Part shown: piece by piece, positions 8,256 to 16,475 of the stretch | How the letters are laid out: each line of letters begins with the position of its first letter | How positions within the stretch are numbered: the first letter of the stretch is position 1 | Virus record (IMG/VR): IMGVR_UViG_3300043442_000393 | Span: 1 to 38,986 of that record | DNA: 38,986 nt | Source: a virus | Lineage: Duplodnaviria; Caudoviricetes | Reading direction: 5' to 3' (one strand) | Made by a program: the position numbers and the translations under genes | Notes under the pieces: model-generated | Seen by the model: the letters and a program-made list of their open reading frames with translations, nothing else | Told to the model about the DNA's origin: nothing | Database searches by the model: none

Positions 8256-10081
8256 TAGTACTTGTCTCCCCACGTCTCAAGAGGACCGTCGATGCCAGCG
8301 GTAAGTGGAACATCCCAGCCTTCTGTTGTTGTCATGCACTCCTGCACGATGTGCATGACTTCCTCGGCGTCTTTGCGCGGAGCGTTGAGCACGATCTCGT
8401 CGTGTACTGGGACGATGAGCATGTCTGTGAGATCGGCTCTGTCAAGCTTGACTAGGTTCGCCTTGAACACCTCGGCAGCACCTCCTTGGATCAGATAGTT
8501 GACCAGTGTGTACACACGGTCTTCGTCGCACGGAAGTCGTCGACCTGTCCAGGTGTAGACGTATCCCTGCCCCTCGCTGCGAAGACGGCGCATTCCGGCG
8601 TCTTCAATCTGTCGCTGGAACATCGCCATTCCTGGGTACCGACCATCAAAGGCATCTGACACTGAACGCATCTGTGGTTCTGCAACTCCAGCCGTGAGTG
8701 CTTGTTTGGCAACACCTGCGCCGTACAATCTTCCATAGACGGTGCCCTTGATAAGAGCACGACGCTTGTCTGATCTCTGCATGGTCGGATCTTTGTAGAT
8801 CTCGCGGCCGATCTCTGTGAACGGGTCTGACCCAGTCGCGTCTGAACGGTTGAATAGAGAGATCAAGTTTTCGTCTTTTGACAGACTGGCGAACATGCGG
8901 AACTCTACCTGATCGAGGTCGCTTGTGACAATCACATGGTCGTCGTCCTTCGGCAAGAACGCGCGTCGCACGACATCGTCGCCTTTTGGCAGCGTCTGCA
9001 GCGCTGGATTCTGGATCGACATGCGGCTGGTGCGTGCTCCAAGAGTTTTCACCGACGGGTGCACAAAGCCATTGACGTTTTCTTCAAGGAAGTTGCGGAA
9101 GTACGTGTTTGCGAGCTTGTCGGCCTTTCGCTGCTTCAGCACGGTGTCGGCTAGGTTAGCGATCTCTTCACCGCCGTTGATCATCAGAAGCTTCAGCTGG
9201 TCTTTGGTACACGACTTCTGGCCGGTTGGTGTGTACTCGGTGATCTCCGCACCAAGGTTCTCGAACAACCGCACAAGTTGCTGGTTGCTTGTGATTGACA
9301 CGCCGTCGTACTTTTGCTTGGCCCACGACTTCACGCTTTCTGCGTACGTCGTAAGTTCGTCGTACTTCTTCTTTGAGTAGTCGAGGTCTACTCGAGCGCC
9401 GTTGATCTCCATGCGGGTCACGATCTTGCGTGCTGCCATCTCTAGTTCATAGGCCTTGTGATACGGACCCTCAGGGCCGCATTGCTTGTAGAACATCTCG
9501 AACAACCGCATCGTCAAGACGGTGTCTAACGCGCCATACGACCAGTACGGTTCGAAGTTAGTCGGCACAGTTCCCCACGTCCACCCGTTCTTTGACAGCT
9601 CGGTGTCCAGCGTGTCTTGCAGAGCTACCGCACGACCGTCCACGTGAAGAGCGGCCAGCCGCTTCAGCGCGCCTGAGCCAAGCGGGTCGATGATGTGAGC
9701 CATGATCATCGTGTCGTGGGCCTTGTGCCACGGCAGCTGCCAGCGAGTCTGGACGTCGAAGTACCTGGCCTCGAACGCGATGTTGTGGCAGACGATAGGA
9801 CCGTCAAACTTTTCCATCGCCTCGTAGAACGCGCCGCCCCACTCTTGCCACGGAATCGCCCAACCCTGCTGCGCGTCGCCTACCTGGACAAGACGCAGTC
9901 TGCCGTGCCAAGGAGACAGCGCGTGCTCTCTCGGGTGGCCAGGCAGCTCGCCTGTTTCGGTATCGATCGCGATCGCGCCACCGTTCGGGCGACGCTCGCC
10001 GAGCCATGATATGAACTCAAGAGCTTTCTGTGCGGTGTCTACATAATGGAGGTTTACGTTCGAGAGATCTGTCGTCGTCAT
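8255..10081 (-). CDS. polA: DNA polymerase family A with 3'-5' exonuclease
   Basis: Exo I AIDTETG, Exo II HNIAFE, Exo III YGALD; TSRMSIQNPALQTLP, motif A DLDQVEFR, motif B KGTVYGRLYG, NYLIQG and motif C VHDEIV. Start at 10081 from the ATGA overlap (track start 10114). Confidence 0.95.
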   Translation of the reverse strand: MTTTDLSNVNLHYVDTAQKALEFISWLGERRPNGGAIAIDTETGELPGHPREHALSPWHGRLRLVQVGDAQQGWAIPWQEWGGAFYEAMEKFDGPIVCHNIAFEARYFDVQTRWQLPWHKAHDTMIMAHIIDPLGSGALKRLAALHVDGRAVALQDTLDTELSKNGWTWGTVPTNFEPYWSYGALDTVLTMRLFEMFYKQCGPEGPYHKAYELEMAARKIVTRMEINGARVDLDYSKKKYDELTTYAESVKSWAKQKYDGVSITSNQQLVRLFENLGAEITEYTPTGQKSCTKDQLKLLMINGGEEIANLADTVLKQRKADKLANTYFRNFLEENVNGFVHPSVKTLGARTSRMSIQNPALQTLPKGDDVVRRAFLPKDDDHVIVTSDLDQVEFRMFASLSKDENLISLFNRSDATGSDPFTEIGREIYKDPTMQRSDKRRALIKGTVYGRLYGAGVAKQALTAGVAEPQMRSVSDAFDGRYPGMAMFQRQIEDAGMRRLRSEGQGYVYTWTGRRLPCDEDRVYTLVNYLIQGGAAEVFKANLVKLDRADLTDMLIVPVHDEIVLNAPRKDAEEVMHIVQECMTTTEGWDVPLTAGIDGPLETWGDKY

Positions 10082-10542
10082 GGAGTGTGGATCACCGTCA
10101 CTTCTATTTCGCATTTTTTTAGATACTTCAAGACTTCCATCGGATTACGGTGGTCGTCTTTTGACCCGATCATAACGACTACTCTGCTCAGACCCGAGTT
10201 AGAGATCAACTTAGCGCAGTTCATGCACACCGCTCCAGTGATGTAGATCGTCCCACCGTCTACGCGAGAGCGATCGACATACATGAGCGCGTTGGCCTCG
10301 GCGTGAATAGCCGGGCACGCGTCGTAGTCAGAAGTCAGTCCAGTCTCGCCTCGCGATCGCGGGCACCAGTTCAAGCACGAGCCCTCTTCGGGCCAAGACG
10401 CTGCTGGACCGTTGTATCCTGTGGCGGCGATGTGCTGGTCTCTGGAGACGATCACTGCGCCAATCTGCGCTCTCTCGCACCGTGATCGCTTCGCGACGGC
10501 CTCTGCTACCGACATCCATGTCTGGTCCCAGGTTGGTCTCAC
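10078..10542 (-). CDS. dCMP deaminase
   Basis: RSRCERAQIGAVIV, TGYNG, HAEANA and (V)CMNC zinc motifs. GTGA overlap with the upstream gene. Confidence 0.9.
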   Translation of the reverse strand: MRPTWDQTWMSVAEAVAKRSRCERAQIGAVIVSRDQHIAATGYNGPAASWPEEGSCLNWCPRSRGETGLTSDYDACPAIHAEANALMYVDRSRVDGGTIYITGAVCMNCAKLISNSGLSRVVVMIGSKDDHRNPMEVLKYLKKCEIEVTVIHTP

Positions 10543-11411
10543 TTATCTTCTTTCTTTGCGTACTCTGCGTTCTTCTTGATAGCAGTGATCATCGCATTGG
10601 TGTACCACTGCTCTGACTCGTTTAGTCGCGGCATGAGCTTCGTGTTGGCGATCGCCTGCATCGTCAGCAGCGATGACGCTTGAACCTCGCGCCAGCTTCG
10701 CCCTGTGATGTACGGCGTCGGCTTGATGTTCTCTGTGTGCTTGAGGTTCTCTGCGAGCTCGTAGTGGTCGCTGTAGATGTGCAGAGACCCGACGTGGTGA
10801 GCGTAGGTGCCTGGCTCGATGCCGAGCACGGACGCGACCGCGAGCTGCGCACGGGTGAACTGGAAGAAGTCGTACGCCGCACCAAGCCACACGTCGTTAG
10901 ACCGCATGTACACGCTGAGGTTCAGCTTGTTGTTGCGAATGCGGTACTGATGCAGCACCGTGCACGGATAGTCACGCTTGCCAAGCTGGCTGTCGAGGGC
11001 CGCGTGCCACATCGTGACCACAGCCTGGCGAGTGTCAGAGTCTGACTGGAGGCGGCTGATGGCTACGTCGAACTGCCCGTTAGTGCGAGTGCCGTACGAT
11101 CCATGAAACTGCCCGTTGCTCTCTGTGTACTTCGCGAACTGTGGCCCGATCGCGATGACAAGGTTGGGAAAGCTTGTGCCTGACAGAAGCTGCATCGCTT
11201 CGACCGCGCCGATACCTGGAACGGCCTGACGACCAACTCCGATAGGCAGCGTGTTGTAGATGTTGTCGATGTGGATAACTGCGTCCTCGATCTCGCGTGT
11301 CTCCATGCCGCGCGGAGAGGTCTTCTCGCCGTGCTTGAGAACGTGGTTGACGAGGTCAACGTAGCCGTTGACACCGTCCTCGATCTCGATCGTTTTTACC
11401 TTAGTGTCCAT
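10539..11411 (-). CDS. Thymidylate synthase-family enzyme, probable dCMP hydroxymethylase
   Basis: TRQAV, DYPCT (catalytic Cys), QYRIR, MRSNDVWLGAAYD and GSLHIY. Asp occupies the E. coli ThyA Asn177 position, as in T4 gp42. Confidence 0.85.
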   Translation of the reverse strand: MDTKVKTIEIEDGVNGYVDLVNHVLKHGEKTSPRGMETREIEDAVIHIDNIYNTLPIGVGRQAVPGIGAVEAMQLLSGTSFPNLVIAIGPQFAKYTESNGQFHGSYGTRTNGQFDVAISRLQSDSDTRQAVVTMWHAALDSQLGKRDYPCTVLHQYRIRNNKLNLSVYMRSNDVWLGAAYDFFQFTRAQLAVASVLGIEPGTYAHHVGSLHIYSDHYELAENLKHTENIKPTPYITGRSWREVQASSLLTMQAIANTKLMPRLNESEQWYTNAMITAIKKNAEYAKKEDK

Positions 11412-12397
11412 CTGTCCTCCGGGTTTGTTGCTGTTGATAGACGTTGGATCGCTTGGCCATACTCGGCTGCGTCCTTGTGGTGGAACCTGCGAACGTACTG
11501 CGGATGCGGTACAACGCTGACCTTGTCTGCTGGAATGCTGTCCTTTTTGATGCTCTTCTCTGCGAGCCGGCCAAGGGCTACGACACGCGGGCTACCAAGA
11601 GCCTGCCAAAGAAGATGCAACCGTCCGCCGCAGATCTCGGAGCCGTTGACGATGCCGATGTTTTTCCAGTACGGACTCGGCAGATTAGACAGCAGATACT
11701 CGCCAGAGTTGCCGTTGATCGGGTAGAACGGAAGTGTTGTGTAGTCTTCACCGTTGCGCTTGTCGCCGACAAGTAGAACGCTTGGCTTTGCAGTGCCGAT
11801 GTATTCTGGGAACATTGGAAGAACCTCGGTCTCGCGCTCTCTGTGGCGAGCTGTCTCCAGCATCCACTCTGCGATGGCTGGAATACTGGCCTTGCTGTCT
11901 GGCGGCGGAGACACAATCTCAATCCGAGCAGCTTGCTGGATGCCGAAGTCGTATAGCTCACGTATCTTTGTAAGCTCTTCGACCTTGACAAAGTCGTCGC
12001 CTCGAGCGCCTACACGCTCGGCCAGAACATGTGCCGGCTGTATGACTGCGAACTGTACAGCGCCGCGAGACAGCAGCGCGAGTTCAACAAAGCGCCAGCC
12101 CGCCACACCGAGAAGACCATACTCGTCTTTGCACGTGTGCGGACGCTTGATCGGGGCGTATGTGATCTCTCCCCAGTGCCAGCGGTCGCTGATCACGATC
12201 TTGTCGTAATGCCAGTTGGTTCCTTCGATTGTTCCGACCCACGTTCGTAGGCACCATTCACGAGACTCTTCTTCTGGTCTGCCCATGTGAAAGCGCACGA
12301 TCTTTCGATCTGGGTACTTTTCCGCGGCCTGCTTGGCGACTTCGTCTACTAGAGACGACTTGCCAGAGCCGTCGGGGCCTTCAACAATTATGAACAT
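11396..12397 (-). CDS. Thymidylate/dNMP kinase fused to a C-terminal uracil-DNA-glycosylase-like domain
   Basis: N-terminal EGPDGSGKS P-loop and DRWHWGEITY. C-terminal VLLVGD...PFYP..GNSGEYL...VVALGRLA...PHPQY follows the order of UDG-superfamily motifs. Confidence 0.75.
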   Translation of the reverse strand: MFIIVEGPDGSGKSSLVDEVAKQAAEKYPDRKIVRFHMGRPEEESREWCLRTWVGTIEGTNWHYDKIVISDRWHWGEITYAPIKRPHTCKDEYGLLGVAGWRFVELALLSRGAVQFAVIQPAHVLAERVGARGDDFVKVEELTKIRELYDFGIQQAARIEIVSPPPDSKASIPAIAEWMLETARHRERETEVLPMFPEYIGTAKPSVLLVGDKRNGEDYTTLPFYPINGNSGEYLLSNLPSPYWKNIGIVNGSEICGGRLHLLWQALGSPRVVALGRLAEKSIKKDSIPADKVSVVPHPQYVRRFHHKDAAEYGQAIQRLSTATNPEDRWTLR

Positions 12398-12422
12398 TCA
12401 AACCGTCCTTCGTCTTTACTCA

Positions 12423-12431
12423 ATTGTAACA
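12423..12431 (-). promoter_or_regulatory. Putative extended -10 promoter (TG-t-TACAAT) upstream of the kinase/TS/deaminase/Pol operon
   Basis: In a 39-nt intergenic gap, followed by SD-like GAAGGA. Confidence 0.5.
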
Positions 12432-12436
12432 CCTGG

Positions 12437-12913
12437 CTATGGAATAAGCTCAACCTTGTAGACAGTTTCGATGTGCTTATCTACCGCTGACGCCGCCTCG
12501 AGCAGTCGCTGAGCGACATTGGTCAGGTACCTCGCGCCGCTTCCGTCGTACTGGTACAGCGCCTCTAGGACAGCGTTTGCGTCGTCGCTGACCTGCGCCC
12601 AGTAGCGGTTCTTCTCTGGGAAGATGATGCCTGCCTCTAGCGAAGGCCTGCACGTCTCGCAGGGGACTAAAGTTCTATGCTCGTCGCCGACCGGAACGTC
12701 GCGCAGGTCGTATCGCTTGACAAGATGGCACGCCGCGCCGTGATACGTGATCGAGACGCCGATACGAGACAGAACATACGAGCCGTTCTCTGTCCTGTAC
12801 AGCTCGAACTCAATCCACCGCGTAGAATCGTGCTTCTGCGATGACGAGCTGCCAAGCAGCGTTCCGTTGAATTGAAGTGTCCGAGACCCGTCTCTTACGC
12901 TGATCATAGACAT
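12437..12913 (-). CDS. Hypothetical protein with possible Zn ligands (H..C / CxxC)
   Basis: Fits the gene packing; RWIEFELYRTENGSYV, HGAAC and CETC. Confidence 0.7.
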   Translation of the reverse strand: MSMISVRDGSRTLQFNGTLLGSSSSQKHDSTRWIEFELYRTENGSYVLSRIGVSITYHGAACHLVKRYDLRDVPVGDEHRTLVPCETCRPSLEAGIIFPEKNRYWAQVSDDANAVLEALYQYDGSGARYLTNVAQRLLEAASAVDKHIETVYKVELIP

Positions 12914-12916
12914 ATC

Positions 12917-13126
12917 TTACTGGTTCAACACTGGGCCGTCTTGCCCGGTGAGCTCCGCAACTTTTGCCGCGTACCTGGCGGTCTTGTTCTGTTCCTGTAT
13001 GACCATCGCCTCGAGTTCGATACACGTCTCAGTAGCGCGTTGAATGTGGTTTTTCATCACACCGATAAGAATCTTCAGCCCGTCATTTTCACGTTGTAGA
13101 TCTTCAGCAGTCTTGTGCGTCTTCAC
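12917..13126 (-). CDS. Small coiled-coil hypothetical protein
   Basis: GTG start with GGGAG upstream, heptad-like composition, abuts the next gene. Confidence 0.65.
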   Translation of the reverse strand: MKTHKTAEDLQRENDGLKILIGVMKNHIQRATETCIELEAMVIQEQNKTARYAAKVAELTGQDGPVLNQ

Positions 13127-13150
13127 TTCGTCTCCCTATGTGTCATAAAT

Positions 13151-13159
13151 ACAGTATCA
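13151..13159 (-). promoter_or_regulatory. Possible extended -10 promoter (TG-a-TACTGT)
   Basis: Intergenic, same TGn-TAnnnT form as at 7724 and 12423, but a weaker match. Confidence 0.3.
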
Positions 13160-13184
13160 TGGTCGCGATCGCCGTGCGTTACTC

Positions 13185-14564
13185 TCATATTCCTGCTCGA
13201 CTTCCGCCTTGCCAGTTGAACCACTTCACAGCCGCATACCGCGTGCCGATCTTCACAGGATTCACTCTGTGCATAAACGGGTATGATCCGCTGAACACAA
13301 CAACAGACCCGGCTTTGCTGCCGATCGTCAAGTTGTGATGCTGAAACACCAGTTCTCCACCCTCGTAGGCGTCGTTCAAGATCACGGACACTGCGACTAC
13401 TCTAGGAAACTCCAGGCAGTCGTCATAGTGGTTGTGGAACATGTTTGTGTGATCGTATCTCAGCAAGTTCCACCGGTCAGAGTCAAGCTCTTTTATGCTG
13501 TATATCTTCCTGTAGTCCTCGATCATCGGCATTACTCCAGCCTCTAGGCTCGCGTAGATACGATGACCTGGGTCTATTGGGTGACATCCGAGCTGCCGAG
13601 AAGAGACGGTGCGGACATAGCATTTTCTTGAGTTTTCGTTATACACAGACTTTCGCGCGTCGCTAAGAACCTGCGCTTGTTCCCACAGCCTGAAGCAGTG
13701 GTTGTGGACTAAGCCGGTCAGCTGGACGCCAGCCTCTCTTGGAAATGTGTATTCAACGATACCAGGCGCGTGAATCTTCTTATCAATAATCGGCATCGGA
13801 GTGATCTCGACTGGAGCGTCGAACGCACCTTCTTGCCGAGAAAGAATGTCGTAGTTGTTCATCATGTTGTCGTAGTCGTGCGACGAGTCGATGACCTGAC
13901 CAACCGGTGGGTCTGGAATCGGCATGTACCGATGCTTGTTGAAGTATCTAAAGTTTCCGTCGTTGCCGAACTTCGAAAGACCAGAACCGTCACTGAGTTG
14001 CCTGATCCAGTGGTCTGAGGTCGCGTAGTGCAAGAACAGCACTGTGCAGTACACCGACTCGTCGGTGCTCGTCGGGTATGGCGGACGTGCGTGCTCGTGA
14101 AGCTGGCCGCTAAACGCGACGGCTTGATTGGGAGTCTTGTAGTAGTCACGGCCGTTCACTCTCAGCGCCCAGTTCGCTGAGTTAGTTATCGTGATGTCTA
14201 CTGTTACCTGCGTTCCGTTCTGGTCATAGTGATCCCACAGGTTGGGGATGCAGCCGTCTTGAATCTGGTACCGAGCGGCGAAGAAGTACGTCTTACCTAA
14301 GTCTTTATTTCCACACATCTTGCGGACCTTGTCCAGACAGTACGCCTCGATGTCCGCATCGAATGTTATGCCAGAGTGCTCCCACCTTCCCATCGTTGTC
14401 GAGTATTTATGACTTCCTCCAGGACCCCAGCTGACCGAGTTCACCTTCGTCGCAACTCGACTGAACATCGCGTCGTCGTCAAAGAACTTTTCGACAAACA
14501 ACGGTTCTTTGATCGGGTTTTCTGGAATAGACGCGCGTATCGGTCCTTGAATCAAGTCTGTCAT
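13185..14564 (-). CDS. Tandem two-domain 2OG-Fe(II) oxygenase; C-terminal domain prolyl-4-hydroxylase-like
   Basis: Domain 1: RYQ...LWDHYD...HEHARP. Domain 2: LLRY...FHNHYD...ILNDAYEGGELVF...MHRVNPVKIGTRY (HxD...H...R). Confidence 0.85.
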   Translation of the reverse strand: MTDLIQGPIRASIPENPIKEPLFVEKFFDDDAMFSRVATKVNSVSWGPGGSHKYSTTMGRWEHSGITFDADIEAYCLDKVRKMCGNKDLGKTYFFAARYQIQDGCIPNLWDHYDQNGTQVTVDITITNSANWALRVNGRDYYKTPNQAVAFSGQLHEHARPPYPTSTDESVYCTVLFLHYATSDHWIRQLSDGSGLSKFGNDGNFRYFNKHRYMPIPDPPVGQVIDSSHDYDNMMNNYDILSRQEGAFDAPVEITPMPIIDKKIHAPGIVEYTFPREAGVQLTGLVHNHCFRLWEQAQVLSDARKSVYNENSRKCYVRTVSSRQLGCHPIDPGHRIYASLEAGVMPMIEDYRKIYSIKELDSDRWNLLRYDHTNMFHNHYDDCLEFPRVVAVSVILNDAYEGGELVFQHHNLTIGSKAGSVVVFSGSYPFMHRVNPVKIGTRYAAVKWFNWQGGSRAGI

Positions 14565-15577
14565 ACTTTCTCGTATCTAACTATCGGCCTGTCTTTTAGA
14601 TGCTGCCCGTGACGAGGCAACGAGAGCTTGTCGTAGTTCGGGTTGTACTGCGTCCACTTCGTGCTTAGGCCAGAGAAGCAGCAGTACTCAAGCACTTTTT
14701 CCCACGACACTCCACCGTACTTTCCGCCCATCTTGCCGGAAAGAAGCTTGTTGAGCTTCAGCAGCGAGTCGTTTGACTGTTTCCAGAAGGCTTTCTTGTT
14801 GTTGTCGGCCCAAGGCCTGTGAGTGTCGATCCTGACGTGCTTTTCATCTGGGTACTTCTTGTGCACCTGATGCCACGACAGCATCCGAGCGGTGGCGAAG
14901 AAGCGCCAGTCTCTGCACCACGCAAGCACGCCCATGTACGGTTCTTCGGCGTGGAAGTTTATCTCTGGATTGAGCGGCACTTCCTGGACGAACTGCTTGG
15001 ACGCAAAGCACCACGTGAAGTGTAACCAGCACCCCTCGTGGACATCGCCATCATCTGGAACGTTGGCCGCTCCTGGAAATCCGTAGCCTGGAGTCAAGAA
15101 CTGAAGAGTGTTCGGATAGTGGAAGACGTTCCGAGTCCGTCCGTTGAATGTCGTCGTCGGGTCGAAGTTACTCGTCTCAGTGACTGAAAAGTCTGCCTGG
15201 CAATACGTGAGCACGGCCTTGCCTGTTGACGACTTTGCGACTGCTTTCTCATATTCTTCTAGAGTAGCGACGTCCCAGTCTTCGGCAAACCTCTCGTGGC
15301 CGCAGATGTACAGGATGTAGTCGTAGTCAAAGTGCGTCCGCGTCGTCATGTCTCGCGCCCAAAGAATACCTCGGTACGCGGAAGTGTCGTATTTTCTGTA
15401 CAGCATCTGTTCTGCTGGCACTTGTGGAAAAGACGAAAAGCCGTCTTCTCTAGGCTGCTCGTCTACAATCGAAAAGAGGACGTCCTGCTTGTTCTTTGCG
15501 TTTTCATAGCAATGAGCAACAGTAGATGCTAGGTCCTTCTCACCGTACGAGATGATCGATACAAGTATCTTTGACAT
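14561..15577 (-). CDS. Gnt1-like ([Skp1]-hydroxyproline GlcNAc-transferase family) glycosyltransferase
   Basis: ILVSIISYGE..L..TV, GILWAR, YILYICGHERFAEDWD, KAVLTY and VPLNPEINFHAEE parallel the family motifs IFVSIASYRD, GxxxAR, QIDSHxRFxxxWD and PxDPxxxFxGEE. Confidence 0.75.
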   Translation of the reverse strand: MSKILVSIISYGEKDLASTVAHCYENAKNKQDVLFSIVDEQPREDGFSSFPQVPAEQMLYRKYDTSAYRGILWARDMTTRTHFDYDYILYICGHERFAEDWDVATLEEYEKAVAKSSTGKAVLTYCQADFSVTETSNFDPTTTFNGRTRNVFHYPNTLQFLTPGYGFPGAANVPDDGDVHEGCWLHFTWCFASKQFVQEVPLNPEINFHAEEPYMGVLAWCRDWRFFATARMLSWHQVHKKYPDEKHVRIDTHRPWADNNKKAFWKQSNDSLLKLNKLLSGKMGGKYGGVSWEKVLEYCCFSGLSTKWTQYNPNYDKLSLPRHGQHLKDRPIVRYEKV

Positions 15578-15591
15578 TTACGCGCACGCCG

Positions 15592-15855
15592 TCACCACTT
15601 ACCAAGCGGGCAAGTCGCTGCTGAGATCTTCGTCTTCATCGTCATGATGCAGCCGCACTCTCTGCACTGCTTCGTCGCGTTGATCAGACGGTCGCACGAC
15701 AGGCAGATGCCATATCGAGTCTGCGCTACGTCTGCGGCGACATGCTTCGCCGGATCAAGAATATGCCAAGGCTTAGCTGGACCATTAGCCGCGGCTGCCT
15801 TCTGCTTGAATTGCTCCCACTTAGAAAGCGGTTTTTCTTGCTCAGACTGGCTCAT
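15592..15855 (-). CDS. Small Cys-rich protein (DUF6171-like, probable metal binding)
   Basis: RYGICLSC...QCRECGCIM..KTK...ATCPLGKW. Confidence 0.75.
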   Translation of the reverse strand: MSQSEQEKPLSKWEQFKQKAAAANGPAKPWHILDPAKHVAADVAQTRYGICLSCDRLINATKQCRECGCIMTMKTKISAATCPLGKW

Positions 15856-16249
15856 AGAATACTCCGTCCTTATACGTCCATCCGGCCATCACTAGCTTGT
15901 TTTCTTCTGTGATTCTAACAAGAGTTGGTGACGAAGTCATCAACGCCGCGAACATTTCATCCGCAGGGCTCACGTTGTTTATCTGCCATTTTCTGAACGC
16001 AATACCGGTCTCTCTGTCTCTGAAGTACAAGACAGCCGAGCCTTCGGTTACGTCGTGCATGTGAGTAGCGTCTTCAATGTCACACTTATTGATGTCGGCC
16101 CAGAGGTCTTCCCACGTGGCGAACGTCATCGCTACGACACCGTCCATGATCGCGGCTACTGGCACTCCTTTTACACCAGTTCCTGGATACCAAAGGTACC
16201 CGCACGGCCCGTGGTTACAATGGTGCCCTGTGTTCTTAGTTATGAACAT
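15842..16249 (-). CDS. Hypothetical protein; C-terminus similar to 16263-16475
   Basis: C-terminal AALMTSSPTLV...GWTYKDGVFYEP; packed in the operon. Confidence 0.7.
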   Translation of the reverse strand: MFITKNTGHHCNHGPCGYLWYPGTGVKGVPVAAIMDGVVAMTFATWEDLWADINKCDIEDATHMHDVTEGSAVLYFRDRETGIAFRKWQINNVSPADEMFAALMTSSPTLVRITEENKLVMAGWTYKDGVFYEPV

Positions 16250-16262
16250 CTATGTCAACCTT

Positions 16263-16475
16263 TCAAGAAGCGGGTGGAACAAAGCTTGTTCCGTTCCACG
16301 TCCATTCAGAGTTGACCTGGTTATGAAGTTCCTCAGGAATCTGCACGATGGTCGGATTACTTAGTAACCCCGCCGTCCACTGCTCCGCTCCTGCGTGCGA
16401 CGCTGGGAACGTGAACGTCAAGAAGACGTCTCCGCCGACGACGAACGCAAACTGTATCAACTGAGGTTCTGGCAT
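16263..16475 (-). CDS. Small hypothetical protein (possible tail-fibre accessory or chaperone)
   Basis: FAFVVGGDVF...AGLLSNPTIV...WTWNGTSFVPP; SD AGGAGAG upstream. Confidence 0.75.
   Translation of the reverse strand: MPEPQLIQFAFVVGGDVFLTFTFPASHAGAEQWTAGLLSNPTIVQIPEELHNQVNSEWTWNGTSFVPPAS

Noticed and set aside
5897-10081. Inteins or introns in the helicase or polymerase
   Set aside because: Lengths are normal, motifs are contiguous, and no intein splice-junction or homing-endonuclease motifs were seen.
10539-11411. Annotation as ordinary thyA
   Set aside because: Asp at the Asn177-equivalent position and gp42-like motifs point to a dCMP substrate.
13185-14564. TET/JBP-type DNA oxygenase belonging to the DNA modification pathway
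   Set aside because: The motifs look P4H-like (LNDxYEGGELxF), no DNA methyltransferase is nearby, and it is coupled to a protein-type GT. Not formally excluded.
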